A stretch of DNA of 64,000 bases from an uncultured Acidobacteriota bacterium. GTDB lineage: Bacteria > Acidobacteriota > Terriglobia > Acidiferrales > UBA7541. A program made the position numbers and the translations under genes. The notes under the pieces are model-generated. The model did not search any database. It was not told where the DNA came from and was given only the letters and a program-made list of their open reading frames with translations. Shown here one piece after another: positions 1-8,379 of the stretch; position 1 is the stretch's first letter; each line of letters begins with the position of its first letter. The stretch covers positions 64,666 to 128,665 of the forward strand of contig CAWENN010000001.1 in NCBI GenBank assembly GCA_963810565.1, given 5' to 3'.

Positions 1-468
1 CTGCAGTTCCACTGTGGCGCTCATGCCGTTGAATCCGATCACCGCGGAGGCTTTTTTCGCGCCTTGTGTGGACCATTCGTAGCGCGAGGGAGTGCCGTCC
101 GGGTGAATCGTCAAAGTTCCGGTGACGCGGGTGTTTCCCTGCGGCGACTGAATCTCCGCCGAGCCGTGCGCGATCCAATCGCTACCGCTCGGCCCGATTT
201 CGAATTCCTCTTTTCCCACCTGCTGGCCATTGACCATGATGCGGAACTTTCCCTTATCCTCGACAAATCCATTTTGTGATTTCGTGTCGGCGTCTTTTTT
301 GTGGTGAAACAGCGCGGGTACGCTGTTCCCGCCCGCGGTGGCGGCTTGGGACGGCGTTTGAAGGAAAAGCACGGAGGCGCCGGCGGCCAGAATTGCCGCG
401 GCCAGCACGGCTCCGGTGATCGAGGCGCGTGCAAAAGAATTCTGGCCAGAGTTCGTTGAATACTTCAT
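1..468 (-). CDS. secreted hypothetical protein, C-terminal end cut by window edge
   Basis: Hand translation shows an open frame with no stop from ATG 468 down to nt 1. It is absent from the ORF track because it runs off the edge. The N-terminus MKYSTNSGQNSFARASITGAVLAAAILAAGASVLFLQ looks like a signal peptide. The ATG overlaps the aroK stop (ATGA at 465-468). Confidence 0.6.
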   Translation of the reverse strand, partial: MKYSTNSGQNSFARASITGAVLAAAILAAGASVLFLQTPSQAATAGGNSVPALFHHKKDADTKSQNGFVEDKGKFRIMVNGQQVGKEEFEIGPSGSDWIAHGSAEIQSPQGNTRVTGTLTIHPDGTPSRYEWSTQGAKKASAVIGFNGMSATVELQ

Positions 469-1010
469 GCGGTCACCTTCGGAAAAATGCCCAACGCTAC
501 AATTTGCTCGACGACGCGCAGGGGTTCGATATTGGATTCAACGCGGTAATCCGCCAGTTCATAAAAGGGCAGACGTTCCTGATACAACTTACAAAAACTC
601 ACTTCGTCGCGAAATAGCGGACGATCCTGAATGTGCGCGATGCGCTTGAGCAGCTCTTCGACGGGACACTGGAGCCAGATCAGAACGGCACCGGCCTGAC
701 GCAGCAGCGCTAGATTTTGCGGCTGGGCGGTGGTGCCGCCGCCGAGCGATACGACCCGAGGCTTTTGCTGCTCGGCTGCTTCGCCTACGATGCGAGTAAG
801 TTGTTCGTGCTCGATGCGGCGGAATTCCGGCTCGCCGCGCTTGGCAAAAATTTCCGGGATGGTCTGGTCCGTCGCTTCCTGAATGCGCTTATCGAGATCC
901 ACGTGCGGCCAGCCGATCTGGCGCCCGAGGAGTCGGGCGACGGTGGACTTGCCGCTGCCCATGAAGCCTATCAAGCAGACGAGCGTGCGAGTGCGCATTT
1001 CATTCGTCAT
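465..1010 (-). CDS. aroK: shikimate kinase
   Basis: 181-aa ORF with Walker A GFMGSGKST and the shikimate-kinase pattern (VDLDKRIQE, IPEIFAKRGEPEFRRIE, VVSLGGG). Confidence 0.9.
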   Translation of the reverse strand: MTNEMRTRTLVCLIGFMGSGKSTVARLLGRQIGWPHVDLDKRIQEATDQTIPEIFAKRGEPEFRRIEHEQLTRIVGEAAEQQKPRVVSLGGGTTAQPQNLALLRQAGAVLIWLQCPVEELLKRIAHIQDRPLFRDEVSFCKLYQERLPFYELADYRVESNIEPLRVVEQIVALGIFPKVTA

Positions 1011-1046
1011 CGGTCAGGTTGATTGTGCTGCGGCGAGATGGCCGAA

Positions 1047-1937
1047 TCAATCACGTTTTAGAATGTTGATTGTACCATCGAAGGAGGTCAGCTCGACCTT
1101 GGCGCGTCCCTGGTTGAAGGTGCCGAAGAGCGCATTGCCCCATCTGGGCACGAAATGATGCTGGTGGGCCGGAGGCGTGAGTTTCGCTTCGTTGTTGACT
1201 TTGCCCTTGAGCGAAGTGGCGCTCATATCGAAGGAATCTCCGGGCGAAAAGCGGACTTCGATGACGCCGCTGTAATTCTTGAGGGAGTAGGTGCCATTGG
1301 GGAGAAATTCGCCGTTGAAAAGAATGTTGCCCGTCGAAGTCTGTGCCCAGACGTGGTAGCTGCGCAGGTCAATCAGCTTGAAATTGCCGCTGATCGAGGA
1401 AACTTCGATGCGCCCGGCACAGCGGAGACATTGGAAGGAACCGCCCACGGTTTTCACAGTCAAGTAGCCGGCAGCGTCTTCCAGATCCACGCCAGCGGCG
1501 ACCGTTTCGACGTTCATATCGCCCATCACATTGAACACGCTCACGCTGCCCGAATCGTTGTGGATTTGCAGTTCGGCGTCCTCCGGGACGTTGAGCTGGA
1601 AATCAGCGCGCATATCGTCCGGGCTGACGGAATCGGAGAGGCCGCGCGTCGAAACATCCACGCGATTTCCCATCTGTTCGGCGTCCACGGCGACCTGATC
1701 GCTGGCGAGCGTGGAAATCACCATGACTTCGGATTTGGTCCAGGCTTTCACGGTCACTAACCCATTGGGGTTGTGGATCGTGATGACCGGACGCGCGTCC
1801 ACCTTGAAGTGCTGTTCCTGACGACGCGGCGAAGCGGAGGCTACGCCGCAGAGAAGAAAAGCAGCGACCAGCGTTCCGGCGGTCTTGATGGCTACTTTGC
1901 GAGTACGGTGCACGGGAACAAAGCGACGAGTGCTCAT
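1047..1937 (-). CDS. DUF4097-like putative adhesin / beta-helical protein, exported
   Basis: 296 aa with an N-terminal anchor or signal (AGTLVAAFLLCGVASA). Repetitive short beta-strand units follow (SGSVSVFNV, SGNFKLIDL, TGNILFNG, SGVIEVRF), typical of DUF4097. The start overlaps the anti-sigma stop by 4 nt. Confidence 0.65.
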   Translation of the reverse strand: MSTRRFVPVHRTRKVAIKTAGTLVAAFLLCGVASASPRRQEQHFKVDARPVITIHNPNGLVTVKAWTKSEVMVISTLASDQVAVDAEQMGNRVDVSTRGLSDSVSPDDMRADFQLNVPEDAELQIHNDSGSVSVFNVMGDMNVETVAAGVDLEDAAGYLTVKTVGGSFQCLRCAGRIEVSSISGNFKLIDLRSYHVWAQTSTGNILFNGEFLPNGTYSLKNYSGVIEVRFSPGDSFDMSATSLKGKVNNEAKLTPPAHQHHFVPRWGNALFGTFNQGRAKVELTSFDGTINILKRD

Positions 1938-2623
1938 TGGATGTTTTCTCCGCGTTCGCTCATCTGCGCCAGCAAGTCCGCCTTTTGCCGGTACGCCTCG
2001 TACAGATAATCCCGCGCCAATTCGTTCTGGGGTTCTTCGTGTACGCTTTTCTCACACAATGCGATGTAGTTGTCAACAATGGCGAGGTTGCGGTGCAAAG
2101 AAGCCGACACGTCCGAATTGGTATAGGGCAAGGAAGAAATCGAGTTTTGTTCGGCGGTGTTCAATTCCGCGCGCAACGGGGAAGTGGCGATCTGAGTGCC
2201 TTCGAGCCACTTTGCTTCGTTCACTTTCTTATGCACCGGTCCGCTAAGGGCGAAGGCAACGGCGATCAGCACGGCGAGATAGGCTCCGGCGAGAACGGGG
2301 CGCGGCAAACCACCAAACAGGCCGTGGAGCCAGCCCGGTTTAACCGCTGGACGGGTTTGCTCGCGTGCAACCAGGACTGGAACCGCGTCGTGGATCAGCC
2401 CTTCTTGCTCGAGCTGCGCCCGCAGCGATACCCAAACACGCTCGGGCGCATCGGTCTCAGAAGCGCTCCAAGTGCAAGCTTCCGCTTGGATGGCGTTCAA
2501 ATCGTTGATGACGGCGAGGCAACGAGGACAATCGCGGAGGTGGGCCTGCGCGTCCGCGCTGCGTTCTCCCTCCATCCAAGGCTCGAGACGGTCGAGAAAA
2601 TCCTCGCACTTGATGATGGCCAT
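1934..2623 (-). CDS. zinc-binding anti-sigma factor (ZAS type), single TM
   Basis: 229 aa with an HxxxCxxC motif (HLRDCPRC) near the N-terminus and one TM helix (VLAGAYLAVLIAVAFAL). It lies 6 nt downstream of the ECF sigma gene. Confidence 0.75.
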   Translation of the reverse strand: MAIIKCEDFLDRLEPWMEGERSADAQAHLRDCPRCLAVINDLNAIQAEACTWSASETDAPERVWVSLRAQLEQEGLIHDAVPVLVAREQTRPAVKPGWLHGLFGGLPRPVLAGAYLAVLIAVAFALSGPVHKKVNEAKWLEGTQIATSPLRAELNTAEQNSISSLPYTNSDVSASLHRNLAIVDNYIALCEKSVHEEPQNELARDYLYEAYRQKADLLAQMSERGENIQ

Positions 2624-2629
2624 GTTTCT

Positions 2630-3274
2630 TCAGTCCTCGCCGCCAGCATCGGCGCTGGCAGCTTTGCGATCTTCGCGGGCCTTGGCACGCAGCGCCTCGT
2701 GCAACAACTCGCGAAGCCGCATGCGCGCCTTGTGCAACTGGGATTTCGAATTGCCGATCGAGCAGCCCATGATTTCCGCAATCTCGTTGTGCTCGTAGCC
2801 TTGCACATCGTGCAGGACGAACACTGACTTGTACCCGGGCGGCAGCTGCTCCACCGCGCGCTGCAGATTCACCCGGTCAATCGAACCGCTGAGCCGCAAA
2901 TCCGGACCGCCAAAATCGCGCCGCGGCCCTCCCGATTCTTCGTCGGGCTCGGTAATCTCTTCCAGCGAACTCTCCGTGCCGGACTTCTTGCGCAGTTTCA
3001 TCAGCACGACGTTGACCGCGAGCCGGTGCAGCCAGGTCGAAAACGCCGACTCTCCACGGAAGGTGGCAATTTTCCGGAAGAGCTGGAGGAACGCTTCCTG
3101 AGTGAGGTCCTCGGCCTCGGCCGTGTTTCCGACCATGCGCAGGCATAGAGAATATACTCGCCGATTATGTAACCGGTACAGGCGCTCAAAGGCCGGTGCA
3201 TCGCCCTGCTGGGCGAGCCGGATGGCATCCGCCTCCGGCATCTCCCCAGTTTCGATTCGTCTCGTTCGGGCCAC
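2630..3274 (-). CDS. ECF-type RNA polymerase sigma-70 family factor
   Basis: Sigma region 2 ([34 protein letters not shown]) and region 4 HTH ([29 protein letters not shown]). GTG start at 3274; ATG at 3241 is an alternative. Confidence 0.9.
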   Translation of the reverse strand: MARTRRIETGEMPEADAIRLAQQGDAPAFERLYRLHNRRVYSLCLRMVGNTAEAEDLTQEAFLQLFRKIATFRGESAFSTWLHRLAVNVVLMKLRKKSGTESSLEEITEPDEESGGPRRDFGGPDLRLSGSIDRVNLQRAVEQLPPGYKSVFVLHDVQGYEHNEIAEIMGCSIGNSKSQLHKARMRLRELLHEALRAKAREDRKAASADAGGED

Positions 3275-3344
3275 GCTACCCGTTGGGACGCGTCTTAAGC
3301 TGCGATGCGTCCATCTCTCCTTGAGTTGTACTTAGTGTCCTACC

Positions 3345-3373
3345 CAATGTGCTGTTCAAGCAATCAATGTGCT
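3345..3373. promoter_or_regulatory. direct repeat CAATGTGCT x2 (20-bp period) upstream of the ECF sigma operon
   Basis: Exact 9-mers at 3345-3353 and 3365-3373, 70-100 nt upstream of the sigma start. The first copy overlaps a weak ECF-like GAAC-N18-CTAA (minus sense, 3332-3357). Confidence 0.3.
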
Positions 3374-3615
3374 ATCGGGACGGCCCGCGCAGCTGAATGT
3401 GAATAAGGAGAAATGTTCAGCTTTTTGGATGCGAGAGCGGCGCCCAAAGCTTGGGGTATTCTCGTTGCATTCGCTACAAACGTCCAGTGCGTTCCGCGCG
3501 CCCGTTGGGCCGATCAACCGCGAACCGCGAAGAGTCAGCGGGACTTAAAGCGCAAGCCAATTGTGAGGAATCGGCTTCAGAGGTGAAGATCGCATCTACC
3601 AAATATTGGAGGTCG

Positions 3616-4332
3616 CTAAGCCGAGGCTCGAAAATCGCGGACTCGCGTTCCCGGCTTTGCCCGCAAACGATCCACCGAGGGCGCTTTCGATACATCCGCG
3701 GCGAATGCGGCGACCTGCTCTGCAGGCAGAGCGCGCAGAAAGGATTTCAACAGGACTTCAGACTCTCGCAAGCACGTGGTGAAATCGTAATGCAGGCACT
3801 CCAAAGCGTCCCAGCTGCTGCCAGGCCGAACTGAAAGTCCAGCGAACACGTCCTCCGCGGCAGCGTCAAATTCCCGAATCAGGCTTTCCAGAGTTTCCGA
3901 CAAGATACGCAACTTCTGGAAAAACCGAGAACGGTCGGCGAAGAGCACGTGATGGAGGAAATCATTCCAGGATGCTGCTGCCTGAGCGGTTTCGCCCCGA
4001 AAGAATTCAGTTTGCAGCGGCTGGACTCTCGGAATGTTATTTAGATGACGTCCACGGTCGGAGAGGCAGTGGCAAGCGCCGATCAGTTCGGCGGCTAGCT
4101 GCGCCAGCAGATCCGCGGAAACAGATACATATTGCCGCGCGCAAACCAATTCTCCACGGGTGCGGACGGAAATGGCGTCATCGAGAGAAACGCTCAGCAT
4201 CGCGTAGAAGGATTCCCATCGTTTCACGACCTCGTCGAAAACACGCGCCTTTTCGCGCGGGAGTGCCGCGATCCAATCGTCTGAGACATTGCGCCGCGAG
4301 TGGGAAGTGCCTGGCTTCCTCTTGAACAACAC
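3616..4332 (-). CDS. hypothetical protein
   Basis: 238-aa ORF, the longest in the region. It reads as helical and soluble with no motif I recognise. Divergent from lysS. Confidence 0.5.
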   Translation of the reverse strand: MLFKRKPGTSHSRRNVSDDWIAALPREKARVFDEVVKRWESFYAMLSVSLDDAISVRTRGELVCARQYVSVSADLLAQLAAELIGACHCLSDRGRHLNNIPRVQPLQTEFFRGETAQAAASWNDFLHHVLFADRSRFFQKLRILSETLESLIREFDAAAEDVFAGLSVRPGSSWDALECLHYDFTTCLRESEVLLKSFLRALPAEQVAAFAADVSKAPSVDRLRAKPGTRVRDFRASA

Positions 4333-4485
4333 GCCGCCCCCAAAGGTGAGTGCGGATTATACCACTGGTTCCGCGCGGCGGGGGTTTTCTTGACGCTCGC
4401 GGAAGCCGACCGCTATACTGCCGCTCGGCTCTTCGCAAGTTCCTCGCCATTGCCGGGCGCATGCCACCGAAAGGAAGTTGACCGA

Positions 4486-6054
4486 TTGGAATTTGAACCG
4501 CTGGATCAGTTTCAACAGAGACTGAAAAAGCTAAGAGAAATAGAGGGGCTCGGCCACGCGGCCTATCCGCGAAAGTTTGCCTGGACGCACACGCCCAGGG
4601 AAGTGACCGAGAAATTCGGCGAACGCACTGTGGAACAATTGAACGCCGAACGTGTGGAAGTGCGAGTCGCTGGCCGGGTTGTGGCTTTGCGCCCGCATGG
4701 CAAGGCAGCTTTTGCGCATATCGCTGGCGACGGCGGACGCTTGCAGATTTACGTCCGGCAAGACGTGGTTGGGGAAGAGGCTTACAAGCTCTTCCAGTTG
4801 CTGGATTTGGGAGACGTCATTGGCGTCGCGGGCCATCTTTTCCGTACCAAGACGAACGAGCTCACCGCGAAGGTAGAGAAGCTGGAACTGCTCAGCAAGG
4901 CCTTGCTGCCGCTGCCGGAGAAATGGCATGGGCTGGCGGACATCGAGCAGCGCTACCGCCGGCGTTATTTGGACCTGATTGTGAATGAACGGGCGCGCGA
5001 TATTTTTGTCCGGCGCGCGCAGATTATTCGCGGGATTCGTGATTTTTTCGATGCGCGGCGGTACGTGGAAGTGGAAACTCCGATGATGCATCCGATTCTG
5101 GGAGGTGCGACGGCGCGGCCTTTTGTCACGCACCATAATACTTTTGATATGGATCTGTATTTGCGCATCGCGCCGGAATTGTATTTAAAGCGGCTGGTGG
5201 TGGGCGGAATTGACCGCGTGTATGAGATCAATCGCAACTTTCGGAATGAAGGAATTGACGCAATCCATCAGCCGGAATTCACGATGCTCGAGTTTTATCA
5301 GGCCTATAGCGATTATCTCGAGTTGATGGACATGACCGAGGAATTGTTTCGCGGCCTGGCGGAGAAGGCCTGCGGCACGACGCGAATCAAGTACGGCGAA
5401 GTGGAGATTGATTTCAGCCGATTCGAGCGGCTTTCGATGCGCGAAGCGATCGTGAAATATTGGCCGGCTGCGGCGGGCGCAGCGCCCACCGTGGCTGAAC
5501 TAGGCGCTGCAGGCGGCCCTGCTGCCGTCGCCGAACGCTACAATACTTATGCGCGGGCGCACGGTGCGGACGTGCTCGCAAATGTGTTGAATCTGTCCGA
5601 TGGGGAAGTGATCGGCGAGTTGTTTGAAGCGATCGCTGAGGTCCACTTGGTGCAGCCTACTTTTGTGTACGACTTTCCTACGGCCATTTCACCGCTTTCG
5701 AAACAGAAGCCGGACGATCCATTGTTCACCGAGCGCTTTGAGCTCTTCATCGCTGGAATGGAACTGGCCAATGGATTCTCTGAATTAAACGATCCCTTTG
5801 ACCAGGAGCGGCGCTTTCGCGAGCAGGTGGAAAAGGGCGGGCAGGAAGCGCCGAAGGAAGTAGATATGGACTACATTCGCGCGCTCTCGCACGGTCTGCC
5901 GCCAACTGCCGGCGAGGGGGTCGGTATTGACCGCCTGGTTATGCTGCTGACCGATTCGCACGCGATCCGCGAAGTGGTCTTGTTCCCGCTTTTGCGCAAG
6001 GAATCTGAGGAACCCGCGGAACCTGATTCAACTGCGGGCGGCGACGCGAAATGA
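4486..6054 (+). CDS. lysS: lysine--tRNA ligase, class II
   Basis: OB-fold region (VRVAGRVVALRPHGKAAFAHIAGDGGRLQIYV) and class II motifs (FRNEGID, HQPEFTMLEFY, GIDRLVMLLT). The track start at 4300 looks like a spurious 5' extension. In-frame TTG 4486 follows AAGGAAG by 8 nt. Confidence 0.9.
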   Translation: MEFEPLDQFQQRLKKLREIEGLGHAAYPRKFAWTHTPREVTEKFGERTVEQLNAERVEVRVAGRVVALRPHGKAAFAHIAGDGGRLQIYVRQDVVGEEAYKLFQLLDLGDVIGVAGHLFRTKTNELTAKVEKLELLSKALLPLPEKWHGLADIEQRYRRRYLDLIVNERARDIFVRRAQIIRGIRDFFDARRYVEVETPMMHPILGGATARPFVTHHNTFDMDLYLRIAPELYLKRLVVGGIDRVYEINRNFRNEGIDAIHQPEFTMLEFYQAYSDYLELMDMTEELFRGLAEKACGTTRIKYGEVEIDFSRFERLSMREAIVKYWPAAAGAAPTVAELGAAGGPAAVAERYNTYARAHGADVLANVLNLSDGEVIGELFEAIAEVHLVQPTFVYDFPTAISPLSKQKPDDPLFTERFELFIAGMELANGFSELNDPFDQERRFREQVEKGGQEAPKEVDMDYIRALSHGLPPTAGEGVGIDRLVMLLTDSHAIREVVLFPLLRKESEEPAEPDSTAGGDAK

Positions 6055-7277
6055 GCTTCGAATGGTTGGTGGCGCTGCGGTATTTGCGGTCGCCGAACCG
6101 GCCTGCGGTGTTGCGAATCGTCACGCTGCTGGCGATTGTGGGAGTGGCGGCGGGCGTCACGACGCTGGTGATCGCGCTCTCGATGAACACCGGTTTTCGC
6201 CAGGCGATTCGGGATCGTTTACTGAGCGTCACCGCGCACGTAAACATCAAGCCCATCGGACCCAACGGAATCCGGGACTATCGCGCGTTGATGGCGCGGC
6301 TCAGCGATACCCCAGGCGTGCGCTCGATTGAACCGGCGATCTACGCGACGGTGCTGCTCTCTTCGGGTGGGCACGCGCGCGGAATCGTATTGAAAGGCGT
6401 TGATCCGGAACTGGAGCGCCGCGCGAGCGAGGCGCTGCATCATCTGGTTGCGGGCACGGGAGATTTCGCGCCGGACGCGGACGGAATTCCGGCGGTGCTG
6501 GTGGGCCGGATTTTGGCGAATGACCTGGAAATAACGGCGGGCGATTACGTGACGCTCACGAGCCCGCAGGGAAACTTGACTCCGTTCGGAATGTTGCCGC
6601 GCTCGCGGCGTTTTCGCGTGACCGGGGTTTTCGATTCCGGGTTTTACGACTACGACGCGAATTGGGGATTCGTGACTTTGCCGGCGGCGCAGGCGCTTTC
6701 CGGGATCGGGGACGTGGTGAGCCTACTCGAAGTGCGCGTGACCCATATGGATGATGCCAGCGCGATTGCCGCGGAATTATTGAAGCGCGCGGGCAACGGG
6801 TTCACGACTTCCACGTGGATGGATGAAAATCGCGCGCTATTTCGCGCATTGAGCCTGGAAAAGCTGGTCACCGCGATTTTCATTGGATTGATCACGTTCG
6901 TCGCCGGGCTGAATATTCTGGTGGTGCTGACGATGACGGTGACCGATCGCGCGCGCGACATCGCCGTGCTGATGGCCATGGGCGCGCGGAGGCAACAGTT
7001 GCGCAAAATTTTCATCCTGCAAGGCTTGGTGGTTAGCATTGCAGGGACAGTTGCAGGACTGCTGATCGGCTACACCTTTGCGGGCATTGCTAACCGTTGG
7101 CGGTTGATCCCGCTGAATCCGGAAGTGTATGCGATTCCTTATGTGCCGTTTCATACCAACGCGCTCGATGCCGTGTGGATTGCGACTGCGGCACTGCTCA
7201 TCAGCATTGCAGCCACGATTTTGCCGGCGCGGTCGGCGGCGAGCGTTCTTCCCGTCGAGATTCTGCGCTTCGAATGA
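6051..7277 (+). CDS. lolE: lipoprotein-releasing system permease, LolC/E family (FtsX fold)
   Basis: 408 aa with N-terminus FEWLVALRYLRS, a large periplasmic loop and a C-terminal 3-TM FtsX module. The ATG overlaps the lysS stop (ATGA). Confidence 0.85.
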   Translation: MSFEWLVALRYLRSPNRPAVLRIVTLLAIVGVAAGVTTLVIALSMNTGFRQAIRDRLLSVTAHVNIKPIGPNGIRDYRALMARLSDTPGVRSIEPAIYATVLLSSGGHARGIVLKGVDPELERRASEALHHLVAGTGDFAPDADGIPAVLVGRILANDLEITAGDYVTLTSPQGNLTPFGMLPRSRRFRVTGVFDSGFYDYDANWGFVTLPAAQALSGIGDVVSLLEVRVTHMDDASAIAAELLKRAGNGFTTSTWMDENRALFRALSLEKLVTAIFIGLITFVAGLNILVVLTMTVTDRARDIAVLMAMGARRQQLRKIFILQGLVVSIAGTVAGLLIGYTFAGIANRWRLIPLNPEVYAIPYVPFHTNALDAVWIATAALLISIAATILPARSAASVLPVEILRFE

Positions 7278-7554
7278 AATGCCGTCTCTGGACGCTCCAA
7301 AATATGCGGGAAGCCGCCAGCAATTCACATCGCTCCGTGTTAGAATCGAACAAGAAGCGAAATTGGGGAGGTGGCCAAAGTTCTGGTTCGCAAGGCCAAA
7401 AGCGCTGCTAGAGGTAACAGTACGGCAATAATGAGAAATTCTTTGGATTTGCTAACGCTAGAAGCCGTTTCGGGAATGCTTAGTTGTCTGCAAAAGAAGG
7501 ACATACTGATTGGCGCGTTCGGCATCTAACGTGAAAGAGGTTAGACCCTAGGCG

Positions 7555-8376
7555 ATGCGCATACAGTCCAATTCGAGCGTTGCTGTGCTGGAGGATGCGG
7601 CTGACGGGGTCACGACGGGCGCTGCGGAAATCGTGCGCGGCGAGGCGCTGCGCAAGACGTTTCATCCCGGCACCCAGGAAATTACACCGCTCGATGGTGT
7701 GAACTTCACGATTGCGCGTGGAGAAATGGTCGCGATTGTCGGGCCGTCCGGCGCCGGCAAAAGCACTTTGCTGCACTTGCTGGCTGCGCTGGACACTCCG
7801 ACGAACGGTACAGTATACTTCGGCGGGAATTCGCTCGAGTTGCTTTCGGAAGCGGAACTGGCGGAGTATCGCAATCGCGCGGTGGGATTTGTCTGGCAGC
7901 GTCATCACCTTCTGCCGGACTTCACGGCTGCGGAAAACGTGGCGATGCCTTTGCTGATTCGCGGGACCTCTTTGGGAGAGGCGTTGCGCACCGCGACGAA
8001 CTGGCTAGGCGAAGTTGGATTGGCCGATCGAGCGGAGCAGCGTGGGGGTCAATTATCCGGCGGCGAACAACAGCGAGTGGCCATCGCGCGGGCTCTGGTG
8101 AATGGACCGCAATTGTTGCTGGCGGACGAGCCTACCGGCGACCTGGACGAACGCAGCGCGGAAAACGTTTTCGAATTGATGCAGCACCTGCACAAGACTC
8201 ATCAGCTGACTTCCATTCTGGCAACACACAATATTTCGATCGCCCGCCGAGCCGACCGCGTTCTGCATCTGGAACACGGCAAATTGGCTTCGGGCATAGC
8301 AGCGCTCGCAGGTTCGACGGTTCCTCTCCCGCGGACGGCGAGCGTTGGGGCGCAGACTCCGGCAGAGCGTGGGTGA
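7555..8376 (+). CDS. lolD: ABC ATPase, LolD-like
   Basis: Walker [10 protein letters not shown], signature [15 protein letters not shown], Walker [13 protein letters not shown]. The LolD name is inferred from proximity to lolC/E. Confidence 0.8.
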   Translation: MRIQSNSSVAVLEDAADGVTTGAAEIVRGEALRKTFHPGTQEITPLDGVNFTIARGEMVAIVGPSGAGKSTLLHLLAALDTPTNGTVYFGGNSLELLSEAELAEYRNRAVGFVWQRHHLLPDFTAAENVAMPLLIRGTSLGEALRTATNWLGEVGLADRAEQRGGQLSGGEQQRVAIARALVNGPQLLLADEPTGDLDERSAENVFELMQHLHKTHQLTSILATHNISIARRADRVLHLEHGKLASGIAALAGSTVPLPRTASVGAQTPAERG

Positions 8377-8379
8377 CCC

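Noticed and set aside
3413-3586. 57-codon plus-strand ORF preceded by AAGGAG
   Set aside because: The SD-to-ATG spacing is only 2 nt. The product is basic and low-complexity, and the ORF lies between two minus-strand genes. Evidence is insufficient.
4300-4485. 5' extension of the lysS ORF in the track, and similar extensions at 31403-31903, 39430-39996, 41347-41706, 42105-42311, 42743-43021 and 47470-47559
   Set aside because: The extensions are Arg-rich and overlap upstream genes or promoters. They also precede better starts that have an SD, stop-start coupling, or a signal peptide beginning at the internal Met.
7340-7525. 61-aa minus-strand ORF in the lolC/E-lolD spacer
   Set aside because: It has no SD and no motif, and the region looks non-coding. 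It is reported instead as an unexplained spacer.
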